Shown piece by piece: positions 56,675 to 64,000 of a stretch of DNA of 64,000 nucleotides (within the stretch, counting starts at the first letter, position 1; each line of letters opens with the position of its first letter). The notes below the pieces were generated by a model. It saw only the letters and a program-made list of their open reading frames with translations. It did no database searches and was not told the DNA's origin. This stretch comes from Candidatus Latescibacterota bacterium (GTDB lineage Bacteria > Latescibacterota > UBA2968 > UBA8231), in NCBI GenBank assembly GCA_965248265.1, contig CBDFJF010000001.1, positions 1,664,001 through 1,728,000 of the forward strand. The letters are read 5' to 3'. Made by a program: the position numbers and the translations under genes.

Positions 56675-59227
56675 TTACGGCCTCGCCCTGGTCCCGAAGC
56701 GCCTCAGGACACGCGCGGCGTTGCTTTCGTCCGGGTCGATGCGCAGGGCCCGTTGCAGCTGCCGGGCTGCCGTGGCTTTGTCCTCCTTGAGAAAAGCAAC
56801 CACCCCTTGCACGTAATGGCTACGCGCCTGGAAGCGACGGTCCAGACGGGCAACCGTTTCGCCGTCGGCGTTGGTCAGATAAGGCACCACACTGACGCTC
56901 AGGAAGGGTAGCAGGCTCTCGAGAGCTGGCACCCCGAGGTTCGTCGCGCCTCGGCTGCGATCCGAGAAACTGATGTACGGACGGTCGTCCGTATTGGTGG
57001 GTCCGTCGCCCGTGTAGTGCGCCACGCCTTCCTCGTCCAACACCAGGGTCGACAGAAAGTCAGTGGTCCTACCGAGTGACACCGCCTCCAGACTCGCGCG
57101 CACGGACGGGGCCCGCAGTCGACTCTGCAGCTGGGAGTAGTCAATCCGCATGCGCTCGGGAGTGGCCAGCATCAGAGCGTAGACCTCAGTCAGCCATAGC
57201 GTCGCGTGCGGATATACCTGGCGGAAAGTTCTCAGGATCATCTTGAAATCGCGAACGGTCAATCCGTGAAGCGGCAACCACTGCGCCATCACACCTCCCG
57301 GCTGCAGTTTCGCCTGGCACTGTTGATAGAACTCCTCGGTGTACAGAACCCAGCTATCCGCGGTCCCCGGGTGGGTCGCATCGCTGATGATGACGTCGTA
57401 ACGCTTGGGCGTACGCAGCACATGGTTGCGGCCGTCGTCGATGATGACGTTCAGATGCGGCTCGTCAAAGCGCTCGAAAATGCGATTGTTGTATTGCGCG
57501 AAACTCTCGGCAGCTTCGACCACGGCGGGTACAACCTCGACACAGTCGATGTGCCGCGGGTGTTGGCGCTCCACCGAAGACAACGTGATGCCGCCGCCGA
57601 AGGCGATGACCAGGGCGTCTTCGGGTTGAGGATGCAGAACCAGAGGCAGCGTCCCGAGCAGGCGAAAGGTCTGCAGCGAGGTGAACGTCGTCGGTACTTC
57701 GGATCCGCCATTTACTTTGAGCACACGCAATCTGCCACCATACTCGTGCACGGAAACCGTGCCGCCGGCGTCTTCGTCGAAATGCACGACCGTGCCAGGT
57801 CGCTCACCCCAGCCAATCAGGCCCTTGACCATGTCCGCCGGCATGAATGCGTTGAGTGCGATGACGGCGGCCCCGAAAGCGGTGATCGTGTAGGCTTTGG
57901 CGCGAGTGCGTACTGCCGTATTGGCCAGCAATAGGACGACACCAACCAGGATATTCAGCCACGCCAGCACATCGACGCTGCCCTGGGTTCCCACCAGGGG
58001 AATGAGCACGAAACCCGCGGCAAAAGCGCCGAAGATGGCTCCCATCGTATTGATACCGTAGATGTTGCCGATGCGCCTCCCCAGATCGGGGAGCCCGGTG
58101 ACGTACAGGCGTCCGACTACCGGAAACAGCATGCCCATCAGAAAGGTTGGAATGCACATTACCAGGAAGGCGGCACCGAAGAGCCGGGCCAGGTTTCCCA
58201 GCCAGGTGGTCTGTCCCGCCCCTATCCAGAGCAAGGGCACCGCACCGAGAGCGTAGACGGAGATCAGGCCAAACAGTCCCAACAGTAGCTCGATGGCGGC
58301 GAATATCAGCAACAGATCTCGCCAGCGATCCACCAGACGCGCCCCGACCACGCCACCGGCTGCCAGTCCGAACAGAAAGCTGATCAGGATCGTGCTCAGG
58401 GTTTGGGCCGTCGCGCTTTGCAGTACGATCGCCAGCAGTCGCGTCCATACCACCTCGTAGCCGAGCGCGATGAAACCGGAGAGTCCGAATGCAGCCAACA
58501 CCAGGATGCGTAAGCGTGAGTCTTCGGCCGGTCGCACCGCTACCTGCGACGGTTGCTCCGCTTCTGCCTGCTTTACCTGAGCCTGTTGTCGTGCCGCTGA
58601 GTGACCCCTGGCGAGAGCCCACGCAGCGATGGCGATCAGCAAATTGATGCCAGCCGCGACATAGATGGTCGCTGTGACGCCGATGGCTTCGATGAGGACG
58701 AATGCCGCGATGAAGCTGCCGGCCGCAGCTCCCAAGGTGTTCACGGCATAGAGCCGGCCAACATCCCAGCCAACCTTGTCGATGCGTTCAACGGCAAATT
58801 TGCACAGTACCGGCAGGGTGGCCCCCATGAGTGTCGTCGGGACGATGAGGACGACGAAAGTGATGGCAAAACGACTGGCTAGAAACAGAAACGGTGAGCC
58901 CTCGAGCAATTGATACAGCCCGGTGTAGAGCTCATCCAGGCCGGCCTGAATGGATGGGAAGACCAGAGCGAAGAGGCCGATGCCGAGTTCCAGGAGGGCG
59001 TAGAGGAGCAGCCCGTTTCTTGCCCCGCGGCGGTCGACGATTCGTCCGAAATAGAAACTGCCCAGAGCGAGACCGGCCATGAACGCGGTAAGCACCGTAC
59101 TCACGGCGTAGATGCTGACGCCGAAGACGACGATCAGCATGCGAGCCCACACCACCTGGTAGATGAGCGTGCACGCCCCCGACAGGAAGAACAGACCAAG
59201 AATGGTCGCCCGCGCCCTACCGCTCAT
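56675..59227 (-). CDS. Membrane-bound fused MFS-like/spermidine-synthase-like protein with a C-terminal TPR
   Basis: FFLSGACTLIYQVVW, LMGATLP, LYAVNTLG and a duplicated membrane half. The methyltransferase domain has LVIAFGGGIT, CVEV, DDGRN and DVIISD. ATG 59227. Confidence 0.85.
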   Translation of the reverse strand: MSGRARATILGLFFLSGACTLIYQVVWARMLIVVFGVSIYAVSTVLTAFMAGLALGSFYFGRIVDRRGARNGLLLYALLELGIGLFALVFPSIQAGLDELYTGLYQLLEGSPFLFLASRFAITFVVLIVPTTLMGATLPVLCKFAVERIDKVGWDVGRLYAVNTLGAAAGSFIAAFVLIEAIGVTATIYVAAGINLLIAIAAWALARGHSAARQQAQVKQAEAEQPSQVAVRPAEDSRLRILVLAAFGLSGFIALGYEVVWTRLLAIVLQSATAQTLSTILISFLFGLAAGGVVGARLVDRWRDLLLIFAAIELLLGLFGLISVYALGAVPLLWIGAGQTTWLGNLARLFGAAFLVMCIPTFLMGMLFPVVGRLYVTGLPDLGRRIGNIYGINTMGAIFGAFAAGFVLIPLVGTQGSVDVLAWLNILVGVVLLLANTAVRTRAKAYTITAFGAAVIALNAFMPADMVKGLIGWGERPGTVVHFDEDAGGTVSVHEYGGRLRVLKVNGGSEVPTTFTSLQTFRLLGTLPLVLHPQPEDALVIAFGGGITLSSVERQHPRHIDCVEVVPAVVEAAESFAQYNNRIFERFDEPHLNVIIDDGRNHVLRTPKRYDVIISDATHPGTADSWVLYTEEFYQQCQAKLQPGGVMAQWLPLHGLTVRDFKMILRTFRQVYPHATLWLTEVYALMLATPERMRIDYSQLQSRLRAPSVRASLEAVSLGRTTDFLSTLVLDEEGVAHYTGDGPTNTDDRPYISFSDRSRGATNLGVPALESLLPFLSVSVVPYLTNADGETVARLDRRFQARSHYVQGVVAFLKEDKATAARQLQRALRIDPDESNAARVLRRFGTRARP

Positions 59228-59458
59228 CGTTTCCCCGGCTTCTTTCTTTTCATGATCGACGGTTTCAGTCAAAATCTGTCGTGGTGAGCTATCAACGGTC
59301 CAAGGTACGGTGACCGAGTGAACGAAACAAAAAGTCTCCTGCCATCCGTTTGTCACCCAGTCAGGGTGACGTACATTCAGGCGCTCTGTTAACGACGCCC
59401 CGGTGCATACTGGGGGATGACACCACGAGAAACCAGCAACACGAGGAGACCGAAAGCG

Positions 59459-60355
59459 ATGGCGAAGGATTTGTATGACCGGGGACCGATTGGCGGCTTT
59501 TCCAGAGACCACCTCATTCAGTGCACCCAGGAATGGACGGGAGAGCGCTTTTCGGATGGCCGCCCGAAGGTTGCCGATGATATCATCGAGCGAATGCGAG
59601 GCGTTACCCTGACTCAGGCGTGGGGCTCGTGTCGTGGCGATGAATTCAATCAGCAGTTCGAATCGGGTTTCATCAACACCCATCCTGGAGAGGTGCTGTG
59701 CGGCCGTGCGCTGACGGCCACCTTCATGCCCAGACGGCCGGACGTGCGCCGATTTCTGGATCAACAGGGAGAGGCGGGAGGGCATGAAGGCGGGCACATC
59801 CACTGGCCCATCAACGCCCTCGTCCCTGGCGATGTCTACGTCGCCGACGTATACGGCAAGATCGAGCAGGGTGCCATCATCGGAGACAACCTCGCTGCTT
59901 CCGTGAAAGCCAAGTCGGGCAACGGCGTCGTGCACAATTGTTCGGTACGCGATATCGAGGGGATCCGAGAGCTCGAAAACTTTCCCTGCTTCGTCCGAGG
60001 CTTCCACCCCACCATCGCCTCCCCGACCATCATGCTGACCGGCCTCAACTGTCCAACCCGCATCGGAGGCGTTACCGTCATGCCCGGAGACGTCGTCCTG
60101 GGCAAGGGTGACTCCGTCGCCTTCATACCACCTCACCTCGCCGAGAAAACGGTCACCCAGGCGGAGATCGTCAAACTGAGAGACATCTTTGGCAAAATGA
60201 GGCTCAGCGAAGGCACCTACCTCCCAGGCCAGATCGATGGCCCCTGGGAGGATGTAATCGAGAAGGACTTCTCGGACTGGCTGGAAGGACACATCGACGA
60301 ACTGCCAGTCCCCAAACACGCCATCCAGGACTACCTGAAAGAGCGCACCTGGTAG
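59459..60355 (+). CDS. RraA-like family protein (third paralog)
   Basis: ERFSDGRPKV, GRALTATFMP, IGDNL, VRD and VMPGDVVLG. GAGGAG RBS. Confidence 0.85.
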   Translation: MAKDLYDRGPIGGFSRDHLIQCTQEWTGERFSDGRPKVADDIIERMRGVTLTQAWGSCRGDEFNQQFESGFINTHPGEVLCGRALTATFMPRRPDVRRFLDQQGEAGGHEGGHIHWPINALVPGDVYVADVYGKIEQGAIIGDNLAASVKAKSGNGVVHNCSVRDIEGIRELENFPCFVRGFHPTIASPTIMLTGLNCPTRIGGVTVMPGDVVLGKGDSVAFIPPHLAEKTVTQAEIVKLRDIFGKMRLSEGTYLPGQIDGPWEDVIEKDFSDWLEGHIDELPVPKHAIQDYLKERTW

Positions 60356-60373
60356 AAGGGAGTATCACCCCAC

Positions 60374-61954
60374 ATGTCCATACCGCTCTCCCGGACCAAC
60401 CTTGTGCCGGCCATACTGATAGCCTCTTTCCTGTTGGGAGCCGGCCTCTGCGCTTCGGTTTCAGCGGCATCACCGTCAAACAGTTCGCAGTCGCCTCAGA
60501 GCATTTCGGCCGTTGATTTCCTCGAAACCCTGCGTCAGCCTGGGCCTGGCCAGACCGTCTCCCTTAGCGATGCCAGGGTCAAAGGACCAGTGCATGTGAC
60601 GTCTGCCGGGCTGGACACGATCCGAGCCTCCCTCAAACTTCGAAACGTGACCTTCGAGGACCCAATCACCCTCGACCGGGTGGTCTTCACGAGTCCGGTG
60701 CGCGTCACCAAATCTACGTTCGAACAGGGCTTGTCCATGCTCGATGCCAGATTTGAGCAAAAGGTTTCATTCACGAAGAGCTCCTTCAGCGGACACGCGA
60801 CCTTCAAGCGGACGCATTTTTCGCAGGCCGCACGCTTCGTCGACATCGTCGGCAATGGCATGATGTCGTTCTCCGGTGCGGTTTTCGATGGGAAGACAAC
60901 CGACTTCACACGAGCGCAATTTCTGCAACCCGCCTACTTCGATCAGGCGGTCTTCTCGGGCACGACCTCATTCCAGGATGCCACCTTTGGACTCGAGTCA
61001 TCGTTCAAGGAAACCCATTGGCGTGCCGAGGTCGACTTCGCCGGAGCCCGTTTCGGTGCAGAATCGCTGTTTCGTTATGCGCGCTTCAGTGGTAGTGCCA
61101 CCTTCGACCGCTCCCGATTCCGCCGCGAAGTCTTCTTCGACAAGACGCGCTTCGAGAGGCCGGTGTCATTTCGCGAGATCACCTTCGTGCGCACGGCGAG
61201 CTTCACCCGCGCTATCTTTGGTGACAACGCCGACTTCGCGCACTGTCGCTTCAAGAGAGGGGCCGATTTCAGCGACGTTGATTTCCGCGCCCCCGCCCAT
61301 TTGAACGCCTACTTCGGCGGCGATCTGATTCTGCGCCATGCCACGGGTCCTGTAGCCGACCTGCGCCCCACGCCAAAAGACGCCAAGGCCGAGAGTGCCG
61401 ATTCGACCTTCGCCGACACCGCCCGAGTCTACCTGCACAACGCCGACTTCGGCCGAATGCTCTTCGACTGGTCTCAGTTGAGTGGACGCCTGTCGACCGC
61501 CGATAGCGTGGGTACCGGCTCTCTGGGGGCAACCTACGGGGCTGTGCGGCTGCACCTGGAAAACCTCGGACTGGCCGAAGACGCCCGCAGCTCCCACCGT
61601 GAGTGGATGGATCGGCGGCGTCAGTCGCTGCCGCCATGGTCAGCTGAGCGAATCTGGCTGGAGGTGTTTTCCGCGACGACACGCTACGGCACCGACCCGG
61701 GACGCCTGCTCTGGTGCGCGCTGGGAGTCATCCTCCTCTTCGCATTCATTCTCAGACGTTGGTCGCCGAGTGACCAGCCCCCCCCCGATGGATTCCTGTC
61801 CTTCCTCTATTTGAGCCTGTGTGCCTTCACTCGCCTCAGCCTCCCCCGGCAGCCGGTGGGCCGAGGTCGGTTTTGGATCGGGGTGGAAGCCGCCATCGGC
61901 TGGCTCTTCATGGCGGGCTTCATCGCCATCTGCGTTCGCCTTCTGTCCTCATAA
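60374..61954 (+). CDS. Signal-peptide-bearing pentapeptide-repeat protein with a C-terminal 2TM/pore-helix (potassium-channel-like) module
   Basis: N-terminal hydrophobic signal and many F..A.F repeats, then TRYGTDPGR-TM-FLYLSLCAFTRLSLP..PVG.GR-TM (VEAAIGWL). Confidence 0.7.
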   Translation: MSIPLSRTNLVPAILIASFLLGAGLCASVSAASPSNSSQSPQSISAVDFLETLRQPGPGQTVSLSDARVKGPVHVTSAGLDTIRASLKLRNVTFEDPITLDRVVFTSPVRVTKSTFEQGLSMLDARFEQKVSFTKSSFSGHATFKRTHFSQAARFVDIVGNGMMSFSGAVFDGKTTDFTRAQFLQPAYFDQAVFSGTTSFQDATFGLESSFKETHWRAEVDFAGARFGAESLFRYARFSGSATFDRSRFRREVFFDKTRFERPVSFREITFVRTASFTRAIFGDNADFAHCRFKRGADFSDVDFRAPAHLNAYFGGDLILRHATGPVADLRPTPKDAKAESADSTFADTARVYLHNADFGRMLFDWSQLSGRLSTADSVGTGSLGATYGAVRLHLENLGLAEDARSSHREWMDRRRQSLPPWSAERIWLEVFSATTRYGTDPGRLLWCALGVILLFAFILRRWSPSDQPPPDGFLSFLYLSLCAFTRLSLPRQPVGRGRFWIGVEAAIGWLFMAGFIAICVRLLSS

Positions 61955-61967
61955 GCAGATCTCGAAG

Positions 61968-63629
61968 ATGAGTCTGCGGCCTTGGTGCTTGTCAATGATC
62001 GCCTTGATTCCCTGGGCTTGTTCCGGCCCCTCATCACCCGAACCGGACGACATCACCGTCGTCTTTGCTGACGTGACCACGGCCGCCGGGATCGATTTCG
62101 TTCACGTCGACGGGTTCTCTGGCGAGTACTATTATGTGGAGACCTTCGGATCCGGCGCCGCCTTCGTCGATGTAGACGGTGATGGCTGGCAGGATGTCTA
62201 TCTGACGAACGGGACGCTCTTGGCTGCTGCTGCCGATGCGGCCAGAAATGCTGACCCACCAGTCAACCACCTCTACCGCAACCAGCGTGCCACCTTTACG
62301 GATATCACGGCAGGGTCGGGTGCGGGCGACGCCAATTATAGTGCAGGGTGTGCGGTCGCCGATTACGACAACGACGGTGACCAGGATATCTATGTGACCA
62401 ATTTCGAAATGAATCGACTGTTGCGAAACGACGGAACCGGCCGTTTTGAAGATGTCACCGAGCGTGTCGCCGTCGGCGATCGCCGCTGGAGCACCGGCGC
62501 CGGATTCTTCGATTACGACAACGACGGCGACCTTGATCTGATGGCCGTCAACTATGTCGATTTTCGTTTCCACAACAACGTCGTCTGCAAGAAAGGAAAG
62601 CACCGGTCGTACTGTGAACCCGACTCCTACGACCCAGTGGGGGATGTCCTTTACCGCAATGACGGAGGGACGTTCTCCGACGTGACCGAGACCGCCGGTG
62701 TGTCCCTGCTTGGTCGCGGCCTCGGACTCGCGTTCTCCGATTATGACAGGGATGGCGACACCGATGTCTACGTCGCCAACGACGGCACCATGAACTTCCT
62801 CTACGAGAACCAGCAGGGGAGTTTCGCCGAGGCCGGCCTTCGTGCGGGAACACGCTACAACACCGACGGCAGGGCCGAGGCGGGCATGGGGGTCGATTTC
62901 GGCGACATCGACAATGATGGCTCGATGGATTTGTACGTGACCAACTTCTCCGGCGAGACCAACACCCTTTACGTCAATGATTCCAGGGGGGAATTCCGCG
63001 ATGCCACCGCCGGCGTCGGACTGGCGCATCCCAGCTTCATGCCGCTGGGGTTCGGAACCAAATTCCTCGATTATGACAACGACCGTTTTCTCGACCTGTT
63101 CGTCGTCAACGGCCACGTCATGGACATCATCGCCGAGGTCAATTCGGAGCAGACCTACGCGCAGACCAACCAGATGATGCGTAACACCGGCGGCCAGTTC
63201 GCCGATGTTTCCGCCTCACTGGGACCTGGTCTGAAGGTGGTGGAAGTGAGCCGGGGAGCGGCGGTTTCAGATTATGACAACGACGGTGATTTGGATATTC
63301 TGGTCACCAACGTCGCCGCCCGGCCAACCTTGCTGCGAAACGACGGCGGCAACAAGCACCACTGGCTGATCGTGGAACTGGTCGGTACCCGCCACCGTGA
63401 TGCCCTCGGTAGCCGGGTCGTCTGCACGAGCGACGACGGGGTAAAACAGGTTCGCGAGCGGCAGTCGGGCTCCAGCTATTTGTCCAGCCACGACCACCGT
63501 CTGCATTTCGGTCTGGGTAACGCCGTCGTGGCAGACCTGGCAATCGACTGGGCCGACGGGGCAGTCCAACACATCAGTGGCGTGTCCGCCGATCAGATGC
63601 TGCGCATAGAGCAACCTCCAGCAAAGTGA
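61968..63629 (+). CDS. CRTAC1 / ASPIC-UnbV family FG-GAP repeat lipoprotein
   Basis: Lipobox-like PWAC, seven DxDxD(G) loops, SRGAAVSDYDNDGDLD and GSSYLSSHDHRLHFGLG. Confidence 0.9.
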   Translation: MSLRPWCLSMIALIPWACSGPSSPEPDDITVVFADVTTAAGIDFVHVDGFSGEYYYVETFGSGAAFVDVDGDGWQDVYLTNGTLLAAAADAARNADPPVNHLYRNQRATFTDITAGSGAGDANYSAGCAVADYDNDGDQDIYVTNFEMNRLLRNDGTGRFEDVTERVAVGDRRWSTGAGFFDYDNDGDLDLMAVNYVDFRFHNNVVCKKGKHRSYCEPDSYDPVGDVLYRNDGGTFSDVTETAGVSLLGRGLGLAFSDYDRDGDTDVYVANDGTMNFLYENQQGSFAEAGLRAGTRYNTDGRAEAGMGVDFGDIDNDGSMDLYVTNFSGETNTLYVNDSRGEFRDATAGVGLAHPSFMPLGFGTKFLDYDNDRFLDLFVVNGHVMDIIAEVNSEQTYAQTNQMMRNTGGQFADVSASLGPGLKVVEVSRGAAVSDYDNDGDLDILVTNVAARPTLLRNDGGNKHHWLIVELVGTRHRDALGSRVVCTSDDGVKQVRERQSGSSYLSSHDHRLHFGLGNAVVADLAIDWADGAVQHISGVSADQMLRIEQPPAK

Positions 63630-63705
63630 AGTCGCCCTACTCATTCAGGGGTCTCATCGTCGGCAGCTTGCTGTCCCGCGCAGATCGGCGTGTTCAGTCG
63701 GCCGG

Positions 63706-64000
63706 TCAGGCGCCGATTTCAGCGACGTGGTGACAGGCCGCCTGACGCGTGTCCGAAAGCAGTTCGAGGGCCGGCCGGCGAGCCTTGCAGTCATCCTGCA
63801 CGTAGGGACAACGGGGATGGAAGGGACATCCCGTCGGCAGGTCAGAGGGATCCGCAACCTCACCGCTCATCTCAAAGTTCATGGTGTGATCGGGATCGGG
63901 ATGCGGCACCGCTGACATCAGCCCGCGGGTGTAGGGGTGTTTCGGATCGTCAAAGAGGGCAGTCGTCTCCGCCAGTTCGACGATGCGACCGGCGTACATG
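63706..64000 (-). CDS. Oligopeptide/dipeptide ABC transporter ATP-binding protein, C-terminal part (5' end outside the window)
   Basis: [17 protein letters not shown] and GCPFHPRC...C...ACH. Confidence 0.9.
   Translation of the reverse strand, partial: MYAGRIVELAETTALFDDPKHPYTRGLMSAVPHPDPDHTMNFEMSGEVADPSDLPTGCPFHPRCPYVQDDCKARRPALELLSDTRQAACHHVAEIGA

Noticed and set aside
59228-60319. 1214-aa ORF suggesting a giant fusion protein
   Set aside because: The first 364 codons are the antisense shadow of the RraA-like gene plus intergenic DNA. The real gene starts at ATG 59227.

Overview
A 64 kb stretch of GC-rich bacterial chromosome (roughly 60-63% GC by eye). The many PhyH-type Fe(II)/2-oxoglutarate oxygenases, RraA-like aldolases, lactonases, a sulfatase and a CRTAC1/ASPIC protein resemble marine Latescibacterota/Poribacteria-like genomes, which is an inference from gene content only. 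The window is a mosaic of about 55 mostly catabolic or accessory genes, including a BHMT-like methyltransferase cut by the left edge, lon, a cold-shock gene, cysK, an orphan fliG, four two-component signalling proteins, an acyl-CoA ligase/thiolase/DUF35 block and a small GT4-flippase-GT2 block. I found no rRNA, tRNA, CRISPR array, transposase or phage gene. Features outside the ORF track include a 202-bp non-coding element with perfect 21-bp terminal inverted repeats (MITE-like, 5554-5755), a sigma54-type promoter layout upstream of lon, a 3x13-bp tandem repeat in front of the glycosyltransferase operon, and at least six gene remnants. The best candidates for new biology are a PhyH-fold enzyme whose iron motif reads HxG instead of HxD (halogenase signature), an intact-looking FliG in a catabolic operon, two DUF5069-type genes coupled to catabolic or transport genes, a small unknown protein coupled to a PhyH oxygenase, and a pentapeptide-repeat protein fused to a channel-like module lacking the GYG filter. 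All family calls come from motif recognition, not database searches.
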